Shown piece after piece: positions 7,885 to 17,711 of a DNA stretch of 64,000 nucleotides. Under the pieces are notes generated by a model, which saw only the letters and a list, made by a program, of their open reading frames with translations, was not told where the DNA came from and did no database searches. Position 1 is the first letter of the stretch, and each line of letters opens with the position of its first letter. This DNA is from a virus, in the IMG/VR virus record IMGVR_UViG_3300009081_000009, positions 100,709-164,708 of that record; one strand, given 5' to 3'. The translations under genes were made by a program, and so were the position numbers.

Positions 7885-8673
7885 ATGTTCGGATTTTTGA
7901 AGAAACTACTGGGGGGATCTGTCCCTGATAATTATACTGATACCCAGTACGATCAGAATGTTGTAATTGATACGGATAAAAAGAATAAATTAGATAATGA
8001 GCATTTAGATGAATATTTTTATATTCATAAAGAACCAGACCCAAGTGGAAGGATAAATATGGAAAACGAAAGCAGTACAATAAAAGGTGGTGGTAATATC
8101 GATATTTACGATCATCTTACGGGTAAACCTATTAGTCAAGAATCGATATCAATGGAACAAGTATCCGAAGGTGTTAATATACCCGGAATTGGCTTTGTAG
8201 GTGCTGCAAAATCACCAAAACAGCAGCAACAGCAACCTAACCGTTCTCAGAATCAACAATCTATACCTGTAAATGGAAATAATAATTCGATTCCGGTCAC
8301 TGGGCAATCGAAAAATCCACCAAGTGAAGTTGTGCTTACTTCTGAGGCGTATCATTTATATGTCGATTTAGCTGGTGTTAAGAAAGAATCAGTCAGATTG
8401 ACCTTCTCTGATTCTATCTTAAATATATCAGGTAAACGGTCTAGTATGATAGATGAATGGAAAACGATGTCAAAGGGAAAGGGAAGAAAACATACTATAG
8501 TTGCACAAACATCTACAGTTCCTGCAATTCTACTAGGTGCGTTTGAATTTAAGTATCCATTTAAGAAATCTATAGATGAGACTCTCATCGTAGCTGAATT
8601 CTCGGACGGTTTGTTACACGTAACTCTGCCAGTTCGAGCAAAGGGTGATAGTGTTGCTATTGCGATAATATAA
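7885..8673 (+). CDS. Hsp20/alpha-crystallin domain protein with long N-terminal extension
   Basis: VDLAGVKKESV, LNISGKR, AEFSDGLLHVTLP. Confidence 0.8.
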   Translation: MFGFLKKLLGGSVPDNYTDTQYDQNVVIDTDKKNKLDNEHLDEYFYIHKEPDPSGRINMENESSTIKGGGNIDIYDHLTGKPISQESISMEQVSEGVNIPGIGFVGAAKSPKQQQQQPNRSQNQQSIPVNGNNNSIPVTGQSKNPPSEVVLTSEAYHLYVDLAGVKKESVRLTFSDSILNISGKRSSMIDEWKTMSKGKGRKHTIVAQTSTVPAILLGAFEFKYPFKKSIDETLIVAEFSDGLLHVTLPVRAKGDSVAIAII

Positions 8674-8674
8674 A

Positions 8675-8701
8675 AAAAAGGCACTCATTGAGTGCCTTTT
8701 T
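8675..8701. terminator. bidirectional intrinsic terminator
   Basis: aaaaaggcactc-att-gagtgccttttt between convergent genes. Confidence 0.85.
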
Positions 8702-8703
8702 AT

Positions 8704-9036
8704 TTATGTGGCTTTTCGTCCACCACAATTACATCCCTTTTTTATAACCTTTCTCACAGCACTACCAACCGCATATGCAGCTTGTAATCCAGCAATTTTA
8801 TAATTCGCAGGTAACATCCACATATAATCCATTATAGCAGGGAAATCTTTAGCCATCATTTCAATTGCTGTATTTCCTTGATACATTTGATTTGATACGT
8901 TTATGTATTGAAAATCATTCAAATTACCCGAACTAGCAAGAAAATCTAAATCATCTGGTGATATTTTCTTTCGTACAAGTCTAATATAATTGGTACATAC
9001 AGGACAGGTGCCGTCATATACAAGTCGTGCTTTCAT
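8704..9036 (-). CDS. DCC1/DUF393-like thiol-disulfide oxidoreductase
   Basis: N-terminal YDGTCPVC motif. Confidence 0.65.
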   Translation of the reverse strand: MKARLVYDGTCPVCTNYIRLVRKKISPDDLDFLASSGNLNDFQYINVSNQMYQGNTAIEMMAKDFPAIMDYMWMLPANYKIAGLQAAYAVGSAVRKVIKKGCNCGGRKAT

Positions 9037-9320
9037 TTTAAATTTCCTTTGGTAATTGATTCAAAAATACATTTTTTTGATATTAATTCACCCTGCTCTT
9101 GTAATATATTATAAATAAAATTAGTGGCTTTAATTGGTTCGGTTTTAGAATATCTATCAAACCAGCCTTTATCTAAGTCTTGAATTCCATATTTATGGGA
9201 ATTTTCAAAAACCACATTTATACATTTATTTATCTCGTCTGGAGATTCATAAGTTAAAATGTGATTTTCTATTTCATAGACCGCTTCTAGCTGGCTCAAT
9301 ATTTTATTGAATTTAGCCAA
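9033..9320 (-). CDS. hypothetical protein
   Basis: 95 aa ORF abutting neighbours; TTG start. Confidence 0.55.
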   Translation of the reverse strand: MAKFNKILSQLEAVYEIENHILTYESPDEINKCINVVFENSHKYGIQDLDKGWFDRYSKTEPIKATNFIYNILQEQGELISKKCIFESITKGNLK

Positions 9321-9848
9321 TTACCATCCCTTCTTTACCTTAAACATTGATGTGTTATCTAATACAACGTTTGGTTTTGTGAAATCATAATCAAATTTAG
9401 GATCTTTTTCCTTTGATTTCTTTTCATATGATTTACCATACATATTATTAAATAAATCTTCAACCTTTTCAATTACATTCTTCTGACGAACATCGCTTGC
9501 ATCTTCCATAGGAGCTTCATCGGTAGTTCCATTAAAGGCTTCCATTCGAGACATTTCTTTTTTAATTCCCATGTTCATCGAACCAATTCCCAATTCCAAC
9601 TGTGGATATGGTTCTTTGGTGGAATCCTCTTCCGGTTTATTTCCTGACGCACCACTTACCTTACCATCAGCTCCCTTCGTATAAGGAGCTGAATCATCTG
9701 TAAGCATTGGAACTTCAACATTATCCAATTTAGCGTTTTCTTCATCTGTCATCATTTCTTCATCGCTAGGCACTAAATCAGCACCTTCCATTATGGAAGT
9801 TACATGTTTTAATGCATCGATATTATTGAACATCCCAAATCCGTACAT
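9321..9848 (-). CDS. hypothetical acidic protein
   Basis: 175 aa ORF downstream of TATAAACTA motif. Confidence 0.7.
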   Translation of the reverse strand: MYGFGMFNNIDALKHVTSIMEGADLVPSDEEMMTDEENAKLDNVEVPMLTDDSAPYTKGADGKVSGASGNKPEEDSTKEPYPQLELGIGSMNMGIKKEMSRMEAFNGTTDEAPMEDASDVRQKNVIEKVEDLFNNMYGKSYEKKSKEKDPKFDYDFTKPNVVLDNTSMFKVKKGW

Positions 9849-9882
9849 ATTTAACCTATTAAGTTTTCTATAGTTTATAATA

Positions 9883-11598
9883 TTATCGTTTAAACATTAC
9901 AGCACCTGTCATACCAGAGTCATCATCCTCATCCTCATCATCGGATTGGTTGCGTTTTTTAGTATGATCTAGATATCTAGCGGAATCTTCGAGCGTTTTT
10001 AACTGCTTCTGTTTATTATCCATAGCTTCAAACGCCAATCGTTCCTCGTTGATTTGCTCTTCTGTTTTAAGGATGACATCATCTTCTTCTAATGATTTCA
10101 GATTCACTTCAACTACTTTACCATAATATAATGGAGATTGTAGATAAAATGGAACCCAATAGGCTGCTGTAATATGGTCATCATTATTACCACCCAAACC
10201 ACCCCAACGTTCTTGAGTAACTTTACCAAATGAATGCATCTCATTTATTGTCTGTCTATCTGGTATAGTCATAAACTTTCTTTGTACATATGTTTTAAAT
10301 AGAATACAGGCATTTTGCTTAGTTTTTTCAGATGCCCATAATCCCATATGATGACCCGATGGATCAAAATGCAATATATTTTCATATTCAACTTGATTAT
10401 AGAAGAATTTCATAGCAGCAATTCCGGGGCCGTTTTGTTCAATAATTAATGCAGGGTCATGATATTTTTTTAATATTACATAACATTTTTTACAAAACAA
10501 ATCAATATCCATTTTATTAGATGCAATAACAGCAACCTGATGCACTGTTATATTTGATTTTACTAAGAATATTTGTAAGACAGAATTATCTTGATGCACA
10601 CCATATCCAGAGTCTAATGATTCTACATATTCCCAACCTTCTGCCTCTAACTTTTCTTTTTTCAGTGGTGTTGAATAAATTCGTATGAAATCAGGTAAGT
10701 TAGCAATTTTCATTGGCTTCTTGCTTTCTAATGTTTTTAGGAAGTGATGGTCAATTAACGTAGATACGGAACCCACGAATTCACACATATATTCCTGATT
10801 GAATCTGATTTCACCAATTTTTTTCATTTCATCACGTGCCCATTCAGCAGTTCTACCCGGAACTGCATTCCATGGTATTTCACTGCGAATATAACCATTG
10901 GTGTCTTCTGCACTTATAGTACCAACATCTGATATATTACAAGCATCTTCCCACATTCTAAAGAAATGATTCATACCACATGGTGTTGATGTTATAATAA
11001 CTTTGGTTGTTTTACCTGATGAAATGGTAGGGAACACAGAAGCAATAAACTCATCTGCTATATGTGATTTAACGAATGCAAATTCGTCAAGATATAACAA
11101 GTTAATAGACATACCTCGAATACCATCAGGGGATGTAGCAGCACAAACGATTCGAGTTCCGTGTGAAAATTGTATGCCTCGTTTATTCCACTGTTTAACT
11201 CCCGGTTGCATCCAATATGGAAGGTTAATATATGAATCTCTTAACTGCTGTAATTGTTCCTGTGCTAGATTAAGTTTGTTTGCTAATATAGCTACTACTT
11301 TATCTTCATTAAATAATGCATACCACAATATAAATGCACGTGTAGTGGCTGATTTTCCTGCCTGACGTGGATATTTAACTATATTAAAACGGTTTTTATG
11401 AAATTCACCAATTAAATCTTCTTGGAAATTCCACATTTTAAATAATTGCATACCTTTATCTTTAGTATTGATATACACATAGTTTTTTATGAAATATATA
11501 GGATCTCTTGCACATTTAGCAAGTTCCTTAAACATCCAAGGCTCCATCTGAACCGATTCATTACCATCTCTTAAATTATTAATTCCATTAAATGCCAT
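9883..11598 (-). CDS. terminase large subunit (T4 gp17-like)
   Basis: PRQAGKS Walker A, LLYLDEFAFV Walker B, TSTP, FNQEY, nuclease DSGYG/IEQN/NDD. Confidence 0.95.
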   Translation of the reverse strand: MAFNGINNLRDGNESVQMEPWMFKELAKCARDPIYFIKNYVYINTKDKGMQLFKMWNFQEDLIGEFHKNRFNIVKYPRQAGKSATTRAFILWYALFNEDKVVAILANKLNLAQEQLQQLRDSYINLPYWMQPGVKQWNKRGIQFSHGTRIVCAATSPDGIRGMSINLLYLDEFAFVKSHIADEFIASVFPTISSGKTTKVIITSTPCGMNHFFRMWEDACNISDVGTISAEDTNGYIRSEIPWNAVPGRTAEWARDEMKKIGEIRFNQEYMCEFVGSVSTLIDHHFLKTLESKKPMKIANLPDFIRIYSTPLKKEKLEAEGWEYVESLDSGYGVHQDNSVLQIFLVKSNITVHQVAVIASNKMDIDLFCKKCYVILKKYHDPALIIEQNGPGIAAMKFFYNQVEYENILHFDPSGHHMGLWASEKTKQNACILFKTYVQRKFMTIPDRQTINEMHSFGKVTQERWGGLGGNNDDHITAAYWVPFYLQSPLYYGKVVEVNLKSLEEDDVILKTEEQINEERLAFEAMDNKQKQLKTLEDSARYLDHTKKRNQSDDEDEDDDSGMTGAVMFKR

Positions 11599-12292
11599 TT
11601 TCTACCCCCTCTGGGCATGGATATACATATTCACGTTTACCATGTTTAATAAACATGCTATCTGGATCATTCCATATATCATCAAATTTTGAATGTAAAT
11701 ATGGATATGACTCAATTATTATTTTGGTATTGAGTCTGTGTGCCATTGTTGGAAATATACCTGCAATGAACTCATATAATATATCATCACCCATAAAGGA
11801 TGCACCATGCATATATAACTGATCAATACCCATCCCTTTAATACTACATGGACTGCATCTATTAAATATAATATGGTTATTATTTGATAAAAGAATAACC
11901 TGCTTGTTACATCTAAGGACTGCGCATTGTAACCAAATAGGCAATGATTCATAATATCCAATCAGTCGAGTTCTATATACATCTGATTGCTTACGTGTTG
12001 GTGTTAATATAACGCAAACTTTATCTTGTTGTTTAAATAACAACTTCCATAATAGATGCGTATGTAATAACATCGTGTTATTTGTTTTTGCTTTGGATGC
12101 TATTATATTATATCGATTCTCATTTATCGAGTTTATAAACAATAAATCAGATTCGGTTAATTCGATATGCAAATACATAGACATGAAATATTCATATGAA
12201 TTTATGCATTTAATTATTTCATCAATCTGATACTTAGTTAAAGTGATATTATCAGATTCACTTCGCATGTTTGGATGCTCATTAATTGGCAT
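11588..12292 (-). CDS. degenerate terminase ATPase-domain paralogue
   Basis: Similar to gp17 N-domain (YESLPIWLQ, SIKGMGIDQLYM, GIFPT) but Walker A/B residues lost. Confidence 0.65.
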   Translation of the reverse strand: MPINEHPNMRSESDNITLTKYQIDEIIKCINSYEYFMSMYLHIELTESDLLFINSINENRYNIIASKAKTNNTMLLHTHLLWKLLFKQQDKVCVILTPTRKQSDVYRTRLIGYYESLPIWLQCAVLRCNKQVILLSNNNHIIFNRCSPCSIKGMGIDQLYMHGASFMGDDILYEFIAGIFPTMAHRLNTKIIIESYPYLHSKFDDIWNDPDSMFIKHGKREYVYPCPEGVENGI

Positions 12293-13247
12293 ATAAATCT
12301 CCCTTCATACCTTCGTAGAATGAACATTCATATTCCTGTAAGAATCTCTCTAAGCCCATTACTTGTATTGATTGACGTTTCCATTCGCTATCTCTTCCCG
12401 GTATTAATGTCCATGGAATTTTAATTGCGTGATAACCATTGAAATTAGTTATAGCATCTGCCCATAATTTAAAGAAATAATTAATACCATTCGGGGTTGA
12501 TGATATTATTAATTTTAAATTAGGATTATTCTCAGATATCTTATCTATTATTTTCATGAATTCATACACATTTGCTACTGGTGCATATGCAAATTCATCC
12601 AGAAATACGAAATCGAAATCAATCATTTTTATAGAATCTGGTGATGCAATTGTGTTAGCATATATTCTAGATCCATTTGAAAATTCTATATATCTCTTAT
12701 TATTTGATAAGCATCTGAATTTATCTTTGATATACGATGGTAAATGCTGATGCATTTTCTCTATTTTAAATAACAACTCAATGGATGCTGCTAATTTATG
12801 CGATGCTAATAGTGTATTTGTGTTTGGATGGGTTAAACAATAATGCAATATGTAGGCGCATAATATAGTTGAAATCCCAGCCTGTCTAGATCCATTTATT
12901 ATTAACTTGTTGTAATTTTCCAACTTAAATGTCAATTGTTTCTGAAATTCATATAATCTCAATGGTTGCAGTCCACAATCCTTAGTTATTATACTAACAG
13001 CATTCTCCATGAAATGTTCTGGGTTATTTATACATTTTTGTAAATCCGAGTTATTATCGGTTTTCACTTGTTCATCTTGTGATAACTCCAATCCTTCAAC
13101 AAAGTCAGCTATATCACTTGAATGATCCTCTGCGAATTGTTCGATTGCTTGTCGTATTATTTCAGATCGATTGACTTGGAATATCTCAGACAGCGAATCG
13201 ATTTGTTTATCGGTATCCTCTGTGATGTATATATTTATTCTTTTCAT
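12282..13247 (-). CDS. ribbon-helix-helix domain fused to terminase ATPase domain
   Basis: MKRINIYI...NRSEIIRQAI (RHH); SRQAGIS, FLDEFAY, SSTPNG, FLQEYEC. Confidence 0.8.
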   Translation of the reverse strand: MKRINIYITEDTDKQIDSLSEIFQVNRSEIIRQAIEQFAEDHSSDIADFVEGLELSQDEQVKTDNNSDLQKCINNPEHFMENAVSIITKDCGLQPLRLYEFQKQLTFKLENYNKLIINGSRQAGISTILCAYILHYCLTHPNTNTLLASHKLAASIELLFKIEKMHQHLPSYIKDKFRCLSNNKRYIEFSNGSRIYANTIASPDSIKMIDFDFVFLDEFAYAPVANVYEFMKIIDKISENNPNLKLIISSTPNGINYFFKLWADAITNFNGYHAIKIPWTLIPGRDSEWKRQSIQVMGLERFLQEYECSFYEGMKGDLYAN

Positions 13248-13380
13248 TTTTTAAAAAAACCTGTGATGTATATTGACATTTGTTTATAAGATTCCTATAT
13301 TAAACATGAGAATATCTCAAAAACACGCAATGAACGATGATTTTTGGGTAATATTTGAGGTTTTTTAGGAGAAATGCAGA

Positions 13381-14608
13381 TATGACTAAAATTGACTGGG
13401 CAAAATTTACCGATCCGATGGTTGTATCTGGTGTTCGTTTGATGCAGCGTATTATGGAATTGTCATATGAGGCATATATCGTAGGCGGTGCGGTTCGTGA
13501 TATTGCAATGGGTGATACTGATGTTCATGATATTGATATTGCTACAAACATGCCAATTGATGAAATCAAGAAGTATTTTAAGACTGTTGAATATGGTGGC
13601 GGTGAAAAACACGGTACTGTAATTGTTCATTTTGAAAAGTTTGATTATGAATTGACTCAATTCAGAACAGAATCTGGGTACAGTGATAAGCGCAGACCCG
13701 ATCATGTTGAATTTGTTAAATCATTTGAAGAGGACACTAAACGAAGAGATTTTACCATTAACTCAATGGGAATTGATGCGTCTGGTGCATTTATTGATTA
13801 TCATGGTGGTATGCTGGATATTCAGCGTGGTGTATTAAGAACTGTAGGTGATCCTCATGAACGGTTCAGTGAAGATGCTTTGAGAATTTTACGTGCAATT
13901 AGATTTGCTGCTAGGTTTGGATTTGTCATTGATACTCATACATTATATGCGATCAAAGAATTGGCCTATACAGTGCCTACTACTTCAATTGAGCGCATTA
14001 GAGATGAGTTATTTAAGACTATTGCTTATGGCGGTGTTAAATTCGCATGTGCATTGGAATTATTGCAGATTACTGGATTATGGAGAATCATTATTCCAGA
14101 ATTAGCATTAACTTCTCACAAAATTGAAGCAATTCGTCGTGCTGATACAGATAAACCAGAAGTTAATTTTGCTATCTTGATGAGTGGTATGGATTATCAA
14201 GGTGTGAGTGATTTGTGCATGAGACTGACGTTTACTATTAAGGAAATGAAAACAGTTGCATTTATCGTAACTAAACTACGATCATATGAGGAATTGGATG
14301 AAATTCCTAAAGTGGATGCGTTAGCGATTGTGCTTCATGGTGATTTTATGTTGCTTAGAAGTGTATTTATTTCACTTTATGAAAAAGATTTGGATAATTG
14401 TGCTGACATTATCCAAAAAATTTCTAAATTCAAAGAAGTAACAGATCGACAGAAAGTTGTGAACCAAATCATTCAGAGTGCTGGTTTCAGTGGTGCTCGA
14501 TTTGGAATGGCTGTTAGTGAAGTTAGTAAATGGTTATTTTCTGAATTCGAGAAAGATTATAGACCTACTGATAGTGAAATTGAACAATTTGTAAAAGGAT
14601 TAGTGTAA
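13381..14608 (+). CDS. cca: CCA-adding tRNA nucleotidyltransferase
   Basis: VGGAVRD, DIDIAT, RRDFTINS, EDALRILRAIRF; start approximate (ATG after aggag SD); most tRNA genes here lack encoded CCA. Confidence 0.88.
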
Positions 14609-14609
14609 T

Positions 14610-15686
14610 ATGGTGAATTATAAAGAAGATAAAGATTTATTTGATGCGTTAGTTCCTAATGCATCGGCTCCTATCAAAATTGATATTTTTGACTTTGATG
14701 GTACTATTTTTAATTCACCTGTTCCTAACCGTAAGTTATGGGATAGTAAAACTTATGGACGCTTGATGGAAGATTCTTCTCGTGGTGGATTAGGATGGTT
14801 CCAACATAATGTTACACTATCAAATAAGTATATTCAGGGATCTGATTTCAATTATGATGTCGTAAATGAAGTTAGAAAATCTATGGCTGATCCTTCTGCT
14901 GTAACTGTTATGTTGACTGGTAGAGATACCACGTTTACTTCGCATGTGTTGGAAATCTTGGCTAGAGAATCATTGGTGTTTGATGAGTATGGATTTAAGC
15001 CAGCTCCAAAAGCAGGTGAGATTCGTACTACTACAATGAACTTCAAGCAGGATTTTATTAATGGATTGATTTCTAAGTATGGTGTGCGTAAAGTATCTAT
15101 GTGGGAAGATAGACCAAAGCATGTCACGAAATTCAATGAGTTTCTGACTGCGATTGGTGTGAATAATGGCGTTCATTATATTGAAAAGCCAGAAGTTCAC
15201 ATGGAACCAGCTCTCGAACAAGAGTTGGTTCGTCATCTGATTGCATCGGCACCAAGTTATGCACCTCATCCACGAACAGAAAGTGTTGAACGTAAGAGAA
15301 AGCCATTATTTTGTGGAGTTTTCTTGTATAACGATTCGCATGATTTGTTAGTGGATGAGTTAGGAACTTATATTCCACATGACTGGAAAATTTTTGCGCA
15401 TCATATGACTATATGTTTAGGTATGAGTAAAAATCCAACAACCGAACAGTATATTAATGATCACATCGGAATGGAAAGTAATATGACTGCTGTTGCCATT
15501 GGGATATCTTCTGATGCCATTGCAGTGAAAGTTGAGAGTGATGTACCAACTGATAATAAAGTTGCTCATGTGACTATTGCTACGCCTCCAAATGGCAAGC
15601 CATATAACAGCAATAAAATTACGGAATGGAAGCCACTTGATACGCCAATAAAACTTTCTGGTCTAATTGACGCATTTTATCCGTAA
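14610..15686 (+). CDS. HAD phosphatase fused to 2H (2',3'-cyclic) phosphoesterase, RNA end-healing-like
   Basis: DFDGT, LTGR, WEDR (HAD); HHMT and AHVT (two HxT motifs). Confidence 0.75.
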   Translation: MVNYKEDKDLFDALVPNASAPIKIDIFDFDGTIFNSPVPNRKLWDSKTYGRLMEDSSRGGLGWFQHNVTLSNKYIQGSDFNYDVVNEVRKSMADPSAVTVMLTGRDTTFTSHVLEILARESLVFDEYGFKPAPKAGEIRTTTMNFKQDFINGLISKYGVRKVSMWEDRPKHVTKFNEFLTAIGVNNGVHYIEKPEVHMEPALEQELVRHLIASAPSYAPHPRTESVERKRKPLFCGVFLYNDSHDLLVDELGTYIPHDWKIFAHHMTICLGMSKNPTTEQYINDHIGMESNMTAVAIGISSDAIAVKVESDVPTDNKVAHVTIATPPNGKPYNSNKITEWKPLDTPIKLSGLIDAFYP

Positions 15687-15706
15687 AATAAAGTATCTTA
15701 TTATAC

Positions 15707-16129
15707 ATGAAATTAGGTGCTGGTTTTTTAATATTATGTCCTTCAACGTGTAGGATACTGACGGTTTTGCGAAATGATCCAGAACCCACGTGGTCTATAT
15801 TGGGTGGTGGTTTGGAGAAATTCGAAACACCAATTCAATGTGCTAAACGCGAATTAAGTGAAGAAGCTGATTTCATAGAGAACAGAGACTATGAAATCGT
15901 TTCTACACGTCCTATAAACATAGGTAAATACACACATTTCGTATATAGAACCTATCTAGCAGTATCAAAAACTGAAATAATTCCTAAATTAAATTATGAA
16001 CATGCTCAATATAAATGGGTTGATATTGATAATATCCCAGAGCCGAGACATTTCGGTCTTGTTCAATTATTGGAAGATGATAAGTGTATTAAAAAAATAA
16101 AATCAATGTATCAGGACAAAGATGGGTGA
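15707..16129 (+). CDS. NUDIX hydrolase
   Basis: GGLEKFETPIQCAKRELSEE. Confidence 0.85.
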   Translation: MKLGAGFLILCPSTCRILTVLRNDPEPTWSILGGGLEKFETPIQCAKRELSEEADFIENRDYEIVSTRPINIGKYTHFVYRTYLAVSKTEIIPKLNYEHAQYKWVDIDNIPEPRHFGLVQLLEDDKCIKKIKSMYQDKDG

Positions 16130-17027
16130 GATTATAGTTCTTAAAGATCCTGTTATTAATGATCCATTTTCTAAAATTAATAATTTTACATATGAATGGA
16201 TTAAATGGTTTCCTTATGTAAAAATTGCTCCTGTGAATTATTCATTTTCCAATGATGATGTGATAGTAGTAAATATATGCGATGCACCAGATCCATGTGC
16301 TCATTATAACATTAATCCGAAATGTAGTAAAATCGGCATTGTTCATAAAATAAATGAACAGAACCTAAAAATAATGAATGTATGTACGTATTTAATTTAT
16401 TTAAGTCCGGTGATAGAATCAATTGCTACCATGGCAGGTATTCAGAAACCACATCACACATGTCCTAGATATCCATTATATGATTTTAATGGAACTGAGG
16501 TAACTCCCGTTGATTTCGCATATTTTGGTGGTTGGTTCAATGACACTGAATATGATGAGATTCATGATCATATAGTTAAATTAGATTCAAAGATTCCAAA
16601 GAAAATTATTTTTAATATAGCATATACATGGGGAAATTCAGATGCTAGATTTAAAAAAATCAAATCTATTCTGGATACCGTAATAACAAAAAAAGAAATA
16701 AATAATAGACATATAATAGCACAAGACACACCAATGTCATTCCCTGTAATGCTATTTAAAACAAGAATTTCAAGTTATGGTGCATTGTATTCTAATTTAC
16801 CTTCGATAGAAGAAACCCAAGATTTAATAAGTTCTAAGGATCTTAGCATATTAAATTATTCTATTGGTGAAAGTTCGATGTTGGCTGCTATGCAATCAAG
16901 CCATACTAATATTATATGTGATGATCATATTGATTTCATTTCATATTATAATGAAACACCCAAGTATACATATACAGATTTCGCAAAAGATTTTACATAT
17001 ATATCTAAAAAATATTTACTCAATTAA
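16122..17027 (+). CDS. hypothetical protein
   Basis: 301 aa ORF overlapping previous stop. Confidence 0.7.
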   Translation: MGEIIVLKDPVINDPFSKINNFTYEWIKWFPYVKIAPVNYSFSNDDVIVVNICDAPDPCAHYNINPKCSKIGIVHKINEQNLKIMNVCTYLIYLSPVIESIATMAGIQKPHHTCPRYPLYDFNGTEVTPVDFAYFGGWFNDTEYDEIHDHIVKLDSKIPKKIIFNIAYTWGNSDARFKKIKSILDTVITKKEINNRHIIAQDTPMSFPVMLFKTRISSYGALYSNLPSIEETQDLISSKDLSILNYSIGESSMLAAMQSSHTNIICDDHIDFISYYNETPKYTYTDFAKDFTYISKKYLLN

Positions 17028-17051
17028 TATGTAATTTTGTATATTTGTAGT

Positions 17052-17267
17052 ATGAGTCAAATATGCATACTATTCAGAGGTTCATCTACTTACATTAAGC
17101 TCAATTTTGAGCATAGTGAAATGGGGAATCAGGTATTTGCTGATTTGCATAATGCTAAATTAAATAAAAAATCTATACTGTTGCTAACAGGAGCGAATGG
17201 ATATTCAAGATTCATTGAACCTAGAGCAATAATAGATTGTTATATAACACATAACATTAAGGATTAA
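17052..17267 (+). CDS. hypothetical protein
   Basis: ATG 6 nt after TATATT. Confidence 0.6.
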   Translation: MSQICILFRGSSTYIKLNFEHSEMGNQVFADLHNAKLNKKSILLLTGANGYSRFIEPRAIIDCYITHNIKD

Positions 17268-17269
17268 CC

Positions 17270-17419
17270 ATGAATAAAAATAAAATTATATCCGTGCTTA
17301 TTGATATAGCAAAAATTATATCATTTCTGAGTTTGGTAATGACAGTAGTTATAAAAACCCGAATACTACTTGGATTGCCAAATGGTGTCAAGACAACGGA
17401 GAAGGCAAATGAAAATTAA
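17270..17419 (+). CDS. small membrane protein (49 aa)
   Basis: Manual translation MNKNKIISVLIDIAKIISFLSLVMTVVIK...; aagga SD. Confidence 0.55.
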   Translation: MNKNKIISVLIDIAKIISFLSLVMTVVIKTRILLGLPNGVKTTEKANEN

Positions 17420-17684
17420 TCATAAAATTGTTACTACAGTTCTTAGATGGACAACATTAACTATTTTTGCTGTTGCGTTGGGATTTAAGTTATATAATAT
17501 ATATAAATACGGTGGAACTAAAGCATCCTCACCTGTAAATCCAAACGAAGAAGAACCAACCCCAGACTATCCAGAAAGCGTTCGGGATTATGATTATACA
17601 CAGCCAGCACCTCCAGTAACTGGATATGGTGAGGCTGATGGTGATTGGAATGAAAATAACGCCAGTGCTTCTTATGATAGATAA
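17409..17684 (+). CDS. membrane-anchored hypothetical protein
   Basis: Hydrophobic N-terminal helix, acidic/Pro-rich tail. Confidence 0.6.
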   Translation: MKINHKIVTTVLRWTTLTIFAVALGFKLYNIYKYGGTKASSPVNPNEEEPTPDYPESVRDYDYTQPAPPVTGYGEADGDWNENNASASYDR

Positions 17685-17711
17685 GTTAACAATATACTCT
17701 AGGAATTATAC

